Positions 1 through 10,559 of a stretch of 64,000 bases of DNA are shown piece by piece. The stretch covers positions 1-64,000 of the forward strand of contig CDROCS010001660.1 in the NCBI GenBank assembly GCA_977020255.1, in the 5' to 3' direction. The stretch comes from Obrimoposthia wandeli (Eukaryota). Every line of letters starts with the position of its first letter. Position 1 is the stretch's first letter. Made by a program: the position numbers and the translations under genes. The notes below the pieces were generated by a model. That model saw nothing but the letters and a program-made list of their open reading frames with translations. It made no database searches and had not been told where the DNA came from.

Positions 1-86
1 TGGAAGAAATAAAGCAATCAAAAGAACTACAGAACTCACGTTGGGGGCATCCATACGAGTATTCTAAGTTGAAAGAAACCCCAACA
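1..86 (+). repeat. 3' end of a Gypsy-type LTR (partial, runs off the window start)
   Basis: CTACAGAACTCACGTTGGGGGC...AGAAACCCCAACA resembles CTACAGAACTGACGTTGGGGGC...AGAAACCCCAGCA at about 53180-53238, which sits just before a PBS. It ends in CA and has an upstream AATAAA. Confidence 0.4.
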
Positions 87-986
87 ATTTTACCGCGTTC
101 GCGTGGATATATAAACCAATTGTCGAAGAAGAAGAGGATGAATTTGGATTAACAACTATTGAATAGGGAAAACTGATAAAATTGTCATGTGATACTTAAT
201 TGAAACCCTAATTCAATATTAGTTAAATCAAAGTGAAAAATATGGTACTAAGCAATAATGAAAAAATAAGAAAAAATGGCACAAGGACAAAAATGCTCAC
301 GTTATCTATTCAATAAATCATGAACAAAATAAATATCAAATAAGTAACTTTAATCAGAGTTAATCTTGGTTTAGTTGTCATAGGTTCAGTTGGGGAATTC
401 TGGTTCTGTTATAATTGGTTCAGTTTTTTTCCTTGTGTCACTTTTACTTGTGCCATTATTACCTAAATTCAAAAAATATAGTACTTTGTCAAGAAAATAA
501 TGACAGTACTACTACTATAGTTTAACAATAATTTGATGTAACTTTCGTGTGGTAGTTTTTTCTAAAACATACAAATGTGCCCAGAAGTATAAATATTTTT
601 AATTGAAAGGTTTCCTGTTCGGAATAATAACTTGAAAGTAGTTAAATAGTAAAGGAAAGTTAATTCGTAAACTGAAAATATTAAGAAAATTAGTTTTTTG
701 AAATTTAAATGTGTTTTGTATCTATTTTTTGTGAGTTAAATATTTGACTAAATTACAACTTCTTATAAAGTTCAGAAACATGAAATCTTTAAAGAAAATT
801 TTATTTCAAACCGCTAATGGTTTGTAACCAATTTTATATTTTGTTCCTGTAATAAATCTAAATAAAAATTAAAAAATATGAAAGTCAAAATAATTTCACA
901 ATCCTCTCGCAATCAAACGTTTTGCCTTATAGATATTCAAATGTATAATAATTTTAAAATTTTATTAAAATCTAATAATTTAATCG

Positions 987-1637
987 ATGTCTACATATGG
1001 TTTTGACCACTCGCCTAATAAATATCACAGGTATGAGACAACAAATCCAAATCCATGCAGACAAAGCAAATCCAAATTTAGCTTGGATGCAAAGTTTAAA
1101 GTTTCTGGAACTGTCAATAGTATCAATGTCGAAATATTTGACAATCAGATGTCTAATGCTACAACAAAATATATTGAAAAAGAAATATATACTTTTAAGA
1201 CAGAGAATAATTGTACTATTTCGAATTCAATGGAACTAAAACTAGGATCATTACTTCAAGCTAATCAAAGGATATTTAAGATGTTATTTAAACGTATTGT
1301 TAAATCACTAATAGTAAACAATAAATTGAATCTAAATGATCACAAGAATAGAGAAATTACAGTATTTAACGCTTGTGAAGCTATACAAGTCACCGTGAAA
1401 CATTTTCAGACAATGTATTTTCCTAGTCAAAAAGTAGTTGTCCATGGATGTGCTGTGGAAAGAGCTAATAAACTTACAAGCTTCAATGCGAGTAGTCGAT
1501 GTTTATGGACTACAGATGATGGTGATACTTTCCTAACATTCAGACTTAAGTTTGAACACTTATATCTTATTATTACCGTTTATGTTGTCAGGATATACAT
1601 GGAAATTAATTCAAATAAAGATTCAATAACTTTCTAA
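987..1637 (+). CDS. Hypothetical 216-aa protein, no recognisable family
   Basis: Uninterrupted 651-bp ATG-initiated ORF in very AT-rich DNA; no motif recognised. Confidence 0.35.
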   Translation: MSTYGFDHSPNKYHRYETTNPNPCRQSKSKFSLDAKFKVSGTVNSINVEIFDNQMSNATTKYIEKEIYTFKTENNCTISNSMELKLGSLLQANQRIFKMLFKRIVKSLIVNNKLNLNDHKNREITVFNACEAIQVTVKHFQTMYFPSQKVVVHGCAVERANKLTSFNASSRCLWTTDDGDTFLTFRLKFEHLYLIITVYVVRIYMEINSNKDSITF

Positions 1638-2324
1638 ATAGATTATATCTTAAAATTGTAGGATTTATGTAGTAGACAATGTAAGAGAAAGTGTATTTAT
1701 ACAATATAATGTATATGGACGATAGTCTGAGTATATTATAATGTATATTTGCATTTTCAAGGATATCATCTAATATAAATTATACTTCGAAATTATTGTA
1801 TATCACTTCTGAACATATGAGTCCTAATTGTGACTCCTTGGTTCATTACTTAGCTTATTACTGGGGTTACCAGCTACTGATCTTCTGCAATATGCGAATA
1901 CACTCGCTCATTCATTGACCAGGGCGAGATTGTTTCTAACATACTTCAAGGAAATGCAGCTGCTACGAAGTTTGTTAAAATTTCTTCTGAAGAAAACATC
2001 ACTCTCACCGCGAGGAACCCAGCAAAAAATCCCTGACAATTGAGTGTAATGGCGACAACAATTGTACTAATCAGCTTTAACTGAAAGTTGATTATAACTT
2101 CGTGTGGTTTCGGTTACATTTGATTCAATTTCAAGTATAAATAATTACTTTAAAAATATTAATTATATTAAAAAAGTCGCAGTTATACAGAAAACGTTTA
2201 ATTTTTATTAAATAATTTATATTTTACTACCAGAATACTTAATTGTTATTATAACTTCCATACGCATATAATATCCATACCTACCCCTATCTCTACAATT
2301 CCTTTCTTAAATTTCCGTATAACC

Positions 2325-2370
2325 TAATAGTAGGTGATATGTTCTGTCTAACCCCATCACCCCAACACTC
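2325..2370 (+). repeat. Degenerate Polinton terminal inverted repeat
   Basis: TAATAGTAGGTGATATGTTCTGTCTAACCCCATCACCCC aligns with the reverse complement of the 12700-12746 terminus (AGATAGTAGGTGGATGTGTCCGGTCTAATCCACACACCCC). No TSD found. Confidence 0.5.
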
Positions 2371-2827
2371 TTAAATATTAATTAACCCCATTTAAGACAC
2401 ATTAAAACTGAAAATCTCATAGTTCTCCCACAGAGTAAGGAATTGCTTGATAGATCATCTGAAGGCCAACGCGTGCCCTTTGGGCCTGCGGTGGCCCGAC
2501 AAGTAATATAAATACATGGCGAGAAAAATATTCTGTCTAAGTATTTCTATCCAGTTACACTCAAAATTACAAGGCTTTTTCCCTCATAATCCCACTCTCT
2601 AACTACACAGTCGACAAAATACTACGATTTTTTGAATAAAATATTTTTCTCTATCAAATGATATGCACGCTTTTAATTGTCATTAAAAACTTAAGAAAAT
2701 AATATGGATTTTCAAATAAATTATTTGAATAACACGTTCTCATTGGACGATGAAAGAGGGGTTAGTCTGATGTTTGTGTTTATAAGGAGAATTCTTTTCA
2801 TAATATTTCATAAATAATAAACCAATA

Positions 2828-5105
2828 ATGTCTTTTTTCAACAACGTCAACTTGGATGAAGATATGGATGTGTAGATGTATGGAGATCTTTCTCCAGTGC
2901 AGCAGCGAACACCTCCACCGTAGCAGTATATTGATTTACATAGTCAAGACTCGTCGGTGGTGAGCGAAGAAGAAGAAGAGAAAGGAGAAGCAGAAGCAGC
3001 AGCTAGAGCGGATCTGATAGACGAACCACTGGCCAGCTCAACTCCGAGAGAAGAACCAATGGCTGCGAGAGGTGGGGTACAGAGATTCCAATATATCGAT
3101 CTGACTAGTCAGGATTCAATTGAAAATTGGGAAGACTGTACTCCCCGGTGAAAAGCAGAAGCAGCTGTTCGTCCATCAACTTCGGCAGAAGCAGCAAGGA
3201 GATCGACCAATCTTTTCTACAATTCCCAGACTGCAATCTTACGAGGAACTTTTCATTGATGAGGTTCCGTCAGATCAGGAGGAGGACTTGACACCATTCA
3301 TTGATGATAAATGGATCACACCGAATCTCGAAGCCAATGACAACGCGGTTGCCAGAAATGACTTGATGGTGGCAGAATTGGACGACTATGAGTGGCGGTT
3401 GTTCACGGACAAATGAAACGGTGTCACTCCTTCAGTTACTCCAACTCCGATAGCAGACAATATGGTGCCTGAGTTATTCAGAAGGCCACAATCTCCTGTG
3501 TGACAAGTAAATAGAATAAAAGCTACGAATGAGGTTAGATTATTTATTTATTTCATATGTTTTTTTAATTTCATTTTCAGTCAATGCAGCCAAGAGATGC
3601 CAAGAAGTGAGCTCCGATATCTAGCGTCTCCGGATAATATTAAGGTAAATTATTTTATATTAGAAAATAATTTTAATTATTCACATAAAAAGCCGACCTG
3701 GTGGATGACATACTGGAAGAGACGGCTCCGCTACTACCGGTGGATAGGAAACAAGTGGTGGTTATGAAACCACAAAAACATCGAATTAAACCCCTGACTA
3801 TTCACCGGAAGAAGGTCAAATTAATGAAATAACTAAAACTGCCTGTTATTGAGGTAAATTACTTATATATTTGAATTGTATTAATGTATTTTTGTGTAGG
3901 AACCACTGCAACTATTAGATGAATGGCTGGGAGAAAGTACTCCAATACAACTGGTGAAGCAAAAATTGGCGATGGTGCGAAAATCAAGAAAGCATTGGAT
4001 CAAAACGCAAACAGTTCGGAGGAAGAAAAGAAAGCTGATAAAGCAAACAAATCTGCCTGTTATTGAGGTAATTTTGTAAAATTACTTTTTAAATTTTATT
4101 AAGGTTTTTTGTAGGAACCAGCAACACTAATTGAGGATTGGTTAAGAGAGGCCATTACAATCCCACTAAGGTGGAAGCAGAGGGCGGTGGTATGCAAAAC
4201 GAAGCGCACTAAAAAGGCAACCCCCAGTCTGTTCAAGTCTGCTGAAGTATCAATGGGAGAATCAGGATAAACTTCCTTCTCCTATTTTTGAGGAAAATTT
4301 AAAAAATATTTTTAATAATTTTATTAGTGTTTATAAATAAACATTTGTTAAATTTTATTAATGTTTTTATGCAGGAACCAGTAAAGATAACTGAGAATAG
4401 GTGGGGAGAAACTTATTCTATCCCACCTAGATGGAAGCAACGAGCAGCTGAAGACGAAGCGCTCCAAGAATTTTACCACCACTATGCTCACATCTGCAGA
4501 GGCGGTGATTAGTCGGTAGGAGATTTTCCCATCCCCAGTGGACGTCGGACCAATTTTATACGAGAGGATCCCAGTCTTTCCGATTGAGATTAGTCCTCCT
4601 TCTAGCCAACGACGCCTGCAAGAGACTTCACCCCCACCAGTCCAATCAAGTCTTAGCCAAAATTTGGTGAGAGCTTGGGAGGCTGCATATCCTCTTCCAA
4701 CTGCACTCACAAGCCAGTATTTGAAGAGGGCCTGGAACGACACATAATTGGATGAAATACTAACGGAACTGGAGACTCCACAATTAGCCATGTATCCCGA
4801 TTCAAAAGGACAACAGGATACAGTATCATGTCAGCTTCACGTGAGAAGGAGGAAAAACTGAAAAAAGTTCCACGGAAGAGGAAGGCAACAATACCGGCAA
4901 CTTCATCGGCTGCACCTCCTTCAAAAAAGTTATGACAACTCCTGCCAAAACAACCAGAACAGCCGAAGAAGAAGCACGACCGACCGAAGAAGACGGAGCC
5001 AGTGCCACTTACATAAATACCACTAAGTCGGAGGGATATCGATGAAGATGATCCCAATGATGACTTTGTGAAGTATTTCTGTACAATATAATTTATAAAA
5101 AATAA
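2828..5105 (+). pseudogene. Pseudogene of the spliced, low-complexity TIR-proximal Polinton gene
   Basis: Homologous to 23036-24944(-) (QYIDLHSQDSSVVSE, EELFIDEVPSD, GPILYERIPV, DDPNDDFVK). Introns fall at equivalent positions plus extra ones (3854-3899, 4068-4114); it has internal stops. Confidence 0.7.
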
Positions 5106-5404
5106 TACTATATGTTCTGATTTTAGAATTATAATTTTAAAAATATATTATACTTTAATTTTAAAAAGATATATTTGAAATTATTTCAGTAAACGATCAA
5201 AGATTTTTTTATAAATTTCAGTAAAGATGTTATCTTAAAAAAATTAAATGCATTTATTAGTTATTTATTTATTAAATCATACTAGAGATATAAACTTATT
5301 TGTTAAAGAAAAATATTTCCTTTAATTGAATATGATTTGATTAAAAATATTTCAAATTTCTATAAATAGGTTCAATTTTATTTACCTCTTCATTATTTAT
5401 TGAA

Positions 5405-5715
5405 ATGAAGAAACTAGTTACAAGGAAATAAGATAATATAAGAAAAAATTCAAAGAAAGGAGACCTACGAAAGAAGTATTTAAACTAAAATTTGTATTCT
5501 GCTGTCGCGAAGGAGTGGAATAGAAAAGTGGAGATTCAGGACAGGCGGCTAGCTGAAAGATGAAGGGTCGTGAAATGGAATAGGAACGTGGAATTGGAAA
5601 AACAGCAACTGGCAGAAAAAAGAAGGATGGATATGGAGGACAATCGCCGAGTTGCAAGAAAAAGAATCCTCCAGATTATTCCTGAAGAGGGTTCTTCTTA
5701 TAAAAAATAAATTTT
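5405..5715 (+). pseudogene. Decayed copy of the basic coiled-coil Polinton ORF
   Basis: Matches 22456-22818(-) (RKRILQIxPEEG); contains stops. Confidence 0.6.
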
Positions 5716-6128
5716 ATAAAAATATTTTAATTTTGATTTTATTTGTTACAATTATTTATAGTGTTATATTATTGACTAAATATTTGACATAACCATACTA
5801 AATATAAACAATTTTATATATAAGGTTTTTATAAGATGGATGATAATATAAATTGGAATAAATTATAAATTAAATTATCTCCAGATTTAATGGAAGATTA
5901 TAAAGAAAAAAAATTGCAAATTGTTGCGGATAAAATATGCAATTTACTTTCAAACTATTTAGGAATAATTAAAATTTATTTTAATATTCGTAGGTTAATT
6001 AAAAATATATAGCAATCTTAACGAGAAAAAATGAATACAGATAATTTTGATATTTTAATAAATTTTGTTTATTGGTTTCTATTTTAATTGGTTATAAACA
6101 AAAGGATTTGCGTCATATTTAGGTAATT

Positions 6129-6250
6129 ATGAAAGAATATATCATTGCCTTTGAGGCTTTCATTAATAAAAATGGAGATTATATTATAAAATAATTATGT
6201 ATTATGGATATATGCGATGTTTTTCATCCTTTGCATTTCGTATTTCATGT
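6129..6250 (+). pseudogene. 5' fragment of DEDD-like exonuclease-fold gene
   Basis: MKEYIIAFEAFINKNGDYIIK*LCIMDICDVFHPLHF matches the 5' end of 21845-22333(-) and breaks off at about 6250. Confidence 0.7.
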
Positions 6251-6419
6251 AAATAGGTGGAAGGATGGAGTCTAGGCCACTTGAGCTTCCTCCCCTGTGT
6301 GCGCACACCAACAAATGCATGTGCACGAACACCAAGAAGTGATTGTGGATTCTCACAAAGGTGGATTGCCACACCATAAGGGTCTTGCTGAGTACATTGT
6401 TGTGATTGTCAAAATATTG

Positions 6420-7103
6420 TGCGTTTAATAATGTTATGGTAATCAACAAGTTAAGGGTCAGATTGGGAACAAACTTGTTAATTTTATTACATGGTTGTAT
6501 TTTTCTTTCAAATTTGAGTTCAACCATACCTTTATGGTCATGCATTAGTTAAGGTGTCCTGATAAAAATAAAAATACTTGTAATTTCAAAAAAATAATAT
6601 TTTTTAATTCAAATTTGTGCCAATTTAATTTGTTAGATTTTGTTAAAGTTAAACAAATTTTAATTTAACAGGTTTTTAGATCTCTTCTTACCTACTACAT
6701 GTCCACTGTCAAACCCAAATTGAAGAGCTTCTCTATCAGATCCAAATATAATTTGAATAGGTTTTAAAAAATGTTTTGATCGATTTTTAAATATGACTTT
6801 GTTTTTTTCATATATTACTTTCACTTTTTTATCTATACAATTGTAATAGAATTTTCTTTTACTATCAAACCCAATCATAACTTCAATTGATTTTTCATGA
6901 TCAACTTCTTTTGTAAACGAAATATGCGAGTTTTTTCTGATAGTAATTGGAGAATAATAAAAGGAAAATTCTGTTAAAGCCGCTTCCCATTCTCCTTGGA
7001 GATTTATAGGATTTTCCCAATCGATAATAAAGCTACTAGCGTAATTATCTGGTTGAGTCTTCGGACATCCGTTACTAGGTAAAACCATATACAGAGACTT
7101 CAT
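6420..7103 (-). pseudogene. Minor capsid protein (penton), 3'-truncated
   Basis: N-terminus MKSLYMVLPSN...DNYASSFIIDWENPINLQGEWEAALTEF is the typical Polinton penton start. The frame is broken after 6660 and ends at a junction near 6420. Confidence 0.8.
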
Positions 7104-8128
7104 ATTATATTAGATGCTGATATCCAAGTTGGGTCTGAATAACCATGCCATTTAACAAAGTATTGTTTATGTTTACCTGTACCCTTAGATTTTAATCTTT
7201 TTTGAATACGGAAAACGATAGGTTTATTTGATATTACTTGTAGTTCTTGCTCGTAAAATTTACCGTGAACGATATTATTGTCAGCATCTTTAATAGTATA
7301 CATTATTGGATTACTCTTTTGATCAATTTTACTTATACAAAATATTTCATCGCTCCAATTCTGATCAAAGTTTTTAATAAATGGAGTAGAGCTAATTTTC
7401 GAAATTCGAACATATTCGTTTTTCTTATATTTAGCTTTTTTAATTTTATCTTTTTTATTCCTGTTCATCCAAATGTCCATAGAGTTTTTATTAGTAACAT
7501 CAACAGGTCTCATTCCCTTGAGACCTCTATGTTCAGAGTGATTATATGCATGTATTATTTTAGGTAAAACTTGGATCCATTTTTTATTTCCTTCTTTTGT
7601 GAAATACTTTTTTATTCGATCTCTTAGAGTACGATTAAATCTTTCTACTACTGCTGCTTTGTATTGTGAAAACACAGAGTAATGATTTATATTATTTTGT
7701 TTAAATAATGATTGAACTTGCTTATTATAATATTCTTTTCCTAAATCAGTTTGCACATTTTGCAGAGTGTCCTCTTTTAATATTTCTGTAATGGCTTCAA
7801 GCATAGCTATTGAAGACTTTGCTTTAACAGGAATTGCACTAGCAAACCTGCTAAATGCATTAATGCATGTTAAAATATATCGGTATCTCTTATTAATAGA
7901 AGAATATGGAATTATCTCCATCAAATCAATTTGCCATAAATTATTAGGACCGCTGGTTTTGTATGCTCTAGTTGGAAATCTTCTTCTCATCGGCTTGTTC
8001 AGACTGTAGGCTAACTGGTCGCTCAGCCATTTCTGCGTTTTCTTGTAATTTTGTTTTGTTCTTTTTGCTAATTTTGAAACTCCTGTGTAGTCAATTGGAT
8101 CTTTTGGATTGAACCATATCTTCTCCAT
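7100..8128 (-). CDS. Retroviral-like (rve) integrase with C-terminal chromodomain
   Basis: DDE core WQIDL / VQTDLGKEY / VERFNRTLR; C-terminal YFVKWHGY...TWI chromo motif. First ATG at 8128 (MEKIWFNP); ORF intact. Confidence 0.95.
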   Translation of the reverse strand: MEKIWFNPKDPIDYTGVSKLAKRTKQNYKKTQKWLSDQLAYSLNKPMRRRFPTRAYKTSGPNNLWQIDLMEIIPYSSINKRYRYILTCINAFSRFASAIPVKAKSSIAMLEAITEILKEDTLQNVQTDLGKEYYNKQVQSLFKQNNINHYSVFSQYKAAVVERFNRTLRDRIKKYFTKEGNKKWIQVLPKIIHAYNHSEHRGLKGMRPVDVTNKNSMDIWMNRNKKDKIKKAKYKKNEYVRISKISSTPFIKNFDQNWSDEIFCISKIDQKSNPIMYTIKDADNNIVHGKFYEQELQVISNKPIVFRIQKRLKSKGTGKHKQYFVKWHGYSDPTWISASNII

Positions 8129-8214
8129 TACAACAATTTGAATAGAAAGAAAATTTAAGTATAGGTAAAGAAGGGCTAGCACCCATATCTTTAGCTGATT
8201 TTAGAAATAATTGT

Positions 8215-8544
8215 TTATGAACGTGTCGCAGCTATAATACTACTGATAATTGAAGCAACAACTGGAATAACAGCCCATATGAAACTACCATTATGTTTAA
8301 GAATAATATTTCGTTTCCTTTTTTTACTTTTTACATTAGCAATATCTAGAAGAGTTTTTCTAAATTTCTTTAATATATTTTTCCGATTTCCAACTTTTAC
8401 TCGACCCAAAACTATATTATACAAAACTTCCAATAAATCATCTACAACAAAAGATGGAAATGCTTTAAGAATAATCATTCTCTTATTAGAAGAGGCTTTG
8501 ACTAAAGCTTTAAAATAGGGTATGCTTCTTTGTATTTTCTTCAT
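8215..8544 (-). CDS. Small basic Polinton virion/core protein with C-terminal amphipathic helix
   Basis: 109 aa, basic, ends HNGSFIWAVIPVVASIISSII; sits between ATPase and integrase as is usual in these elements. Confidence 0.65.
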   Translation of the reverse strand: MKKIQRSIPYFKALVKASSNKRMIILKAFPSFVVDDLLEVLYNIVLGRVKVGNRKNILKKFRKTLLDIANVKSKKRKRNIILKHNGSFIWAVIPVVASIISSIIAATRS

Positions 8545-9331
8545 TTTAATAAAAAAGATTCAATTTAAATATTGTTTATATTCGAAGCCATTTAAGTTTT
8601 TTTTTATTTTTAACTACAGATTTGATTAATTTTTTCACTTCTTTTTTCTTAATGATTCTTTTTTTTGATTTCTTAGATTTTACTTTACGTTTTACTATCA
8701 ACTTTGTAAAAGGCATTGCGAATTTATTTTTATAATTGTTCTCTATTTGTTTATAAACAGTTACTCCCTTAGAATTAAATATGTCTGTTAAAACACGTAA
8801 ATCATCTGGGCAAGCTTGTGTAAAGTCAATAAATATATACCCATGTGCTTGTTTAGCAGCATCGTGGAATGAATCAACTAGAAAGTTCTTATTTTGAGGA
8901 AATGCCTGTCTGGCCACAAAATCAACAACTGTTTGATCTCTAGGATTTTTAAATAAAACTAAGTAATGTACATTAAGATTTCTTGTTCTATGGTGACCTC
9001 CTTGGTGAAACAGATTTTGAGTGATAAATATAACTGTTACTTCACGATGTCTTGCAATCTTTGTAAATAAATTATTAAAGTCCGATTCCTTGTTAGCCTC
9101 CTCATACAAATCATCAATTATTATTACATCTTCTTTTTTCAACCTTTCATACCAATTTGCATCAAATCCTTCAATAAATTGTATTTCCTCAACTTGCAAA
9201 CTTCTGTTTTGGTTAATACGCTTTCCCCTCCTCCACCATGATGCCAATAAATATTTTTGAAACTAGATTTGAAAAGAGATTCATTTTGCAACAATTTACA
9301 GACGAAATGTGTCTTTCCACTTCCACTAGGG

Positions 9332-10179
9332 CAGTGGTGGGATTCAAGGGTTCGCACCGGTTCGCGCGAACCGGTTCCTAAAAATATAAAAGTTCGCAGA
9401 ACCGCCTGAACCAGTTCCTGGACTACCTAAGTTTGTTCAAAATAAGAAATATATTAACCTTCCTCGCCAAAGCCTGTTAGATTCTATTATAAAAAATATG
9501 AAACTAAGATTGATGGATTCTGATGAAATAAAAGCAAGCAAAAACTCCAAAGAAATTGATAACAAAATTCACTGTTTAGTAAACATCGTTAGCCCTGAAT
9601 CATGGGATATTGATGAAGTTGTTGTACCGTGGAAACAAGCTGAAGAAAAATTACCCGGATTCTATAAGCAGTTTCACCATAAAATATGCGTTAACGATTT
9701 CCGTGACTATGTAGAAAATGTTATAGAAAACCGTCCCAATCAAGATGTTCCTTCTACAATACAAAAAGCAAAAAATATTATTAATACAATTGCTTTGAGT
9801 TCTGCTGAAGCGGAACGCGGATTTTCAGTTATGAATGTGATATATAGCGATAAAAGGAATCGTCTTGAAGTTCAAAATGTCGCAAATCTTATGGTAATAA
9901 AGTTAATTGGTCTTCCTCTTAATTTATGGGATTCTATGGATTCTGTTAAAACGTGGCTAAGAAAACACCACACAGCTGATGATAAAAGAGTGAAGCATTC
10001 ATCTAATAGTTCTTATAATTCTAATGAATTATCAATCTGGAAATATTTGGAATATGATGGTAAATAAAATGATTAATTGGACTTGTTTATTATTAACCAC
10101 ACACGGAAAAATTGATTTAATTCCACATCAACCGGTAAATGAGCGAACCGGTTGCTAAACAGTTTGAATCCCACCACTG
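9332..10179 (+). mobile_element. Non-autonomous hAT DNA transposon (848 bp)
   Basis: 16-bp TIRs CAGTGGTGGGATTCAA / TTGAATCCCACCACTG and 8-bp TSD CACTAGGG (9324-9331, 10180-10187); carries a transposase C-terminal fragment. Confidence 0.95.
9498..10067 (+). CDS. hAT transposase C-terminal (dimerisation-domain) fragment, 189 aa
   Basis: IALSSAEAERGFSVMNVIYSDKRNRL matches the hATC motif (P.SSA..ER.FS...I....RNRL). Confidence 0.8.
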   Translation: MKLRLMDSDEIKASKNSKEIDNKIHCLVNIVSPESWDIDEVVVPWKQAEEKLPGFYKQFHHKICVNDFRDYVENVIENRPNQDVPSTIQKAKNIINTIALSSAEAERGFSVMNVIYSDKRNRLEVQNVANLMVIKLIGLPLNLWDSMDSVKTWLRKHHTADDKRVKHSSNSSYNSNELSIWKYLEYDGK

Positions 10180-10258
10180 CACTAGGGCCAACTATTTGAA
10201 ATACAGCATTATTATTTAGCTCCATTTAGCTCTTTCATTTTTAATATTGTTTATATTA

Positions 10259-10531
10259 TCATAGAAGTTTCCTTATTGAAATGTACAATGTTAGAGCTAT
10301 TGTAGATGAAATACAAAAATTAATTAATGAATATTTGGCTATAATTTTATTTATTTGTGTACGATTTCTAAATTCTCGAATAACGTGTGATCTAACCAAT
10401 ATTTCAATGTTATCTCTTGTTATATCATTATTTTTTAATTCTGATAAAATTTCTTTACCCCTAATTTTTCCAGAAAATATTTCGTCGGCAAGCCGATCCA
10501 CTTCATTGTCTCTATTTATAGTATTATTCAT
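10259..10531 (-). CDS. Small Polinton protein with hydrophobic C-terminus (possible membrane protein)
   Basis: ATG at 10531; ends YSLINFCISSTIALTLYISIRKLL; co-oriented and tightly packed between the TBP-like gene and ATPase. Confidence 0.5.
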   Translation of the reverse strand: MNNTINRDNEVDRLADEIFSGKIRGKEILSELKNNDITRDNIEILVRSHVIREFRNRTQINKIIAKYSLINFCISSTIALTLYISIRKLL

Positions 10532-10559
10532 TTGAAACAATAAGTTTAAACGGGTTTGT

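Larger units (their letters stand above)
2325..6250 (+). mobile_element. Decayed left arm of an older Polinton/Maverick copy
   Basis: Inverted homologue (roughly 75-85% by eye) of 22200-25422, with the same spliced unknown gene, coiled-coil gene and exonuclease-like gene start. It has many stops and begins with a degenerate TIR. Confidence 0.75.
8576..10225 (-). pseudogene. Genome-packaging ATPase (FtsK/A32-like), split by hAT insertion and frameshifted
   Basis: Removing the hAT and one TSD restores MELNNNAVFQIVGPSGSGKT (Walker A). Walker B is IIIDDL, followed by RHREVTVIFITQNLF and NVHYLVLFKNPRD. The end of the frame may include a separate small basic ORF (MPFTKLIVKRK...KWLRI). Confidence 0.9.

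Noticed and set aside
330-470. Minus-strand TEP-repeat, mucin-like exon
   Set aside because: Needs a frameshift and has no supporting neighbouring exons.
4348-5657. Minus-strand ORFs 4348-4791, 4707-5057, 5418-5657 and their counterparts at 23082-23537 and 24537-24964
   Set aside because: Antisense shadows of the GC-richer Polinton genes on the other strand.
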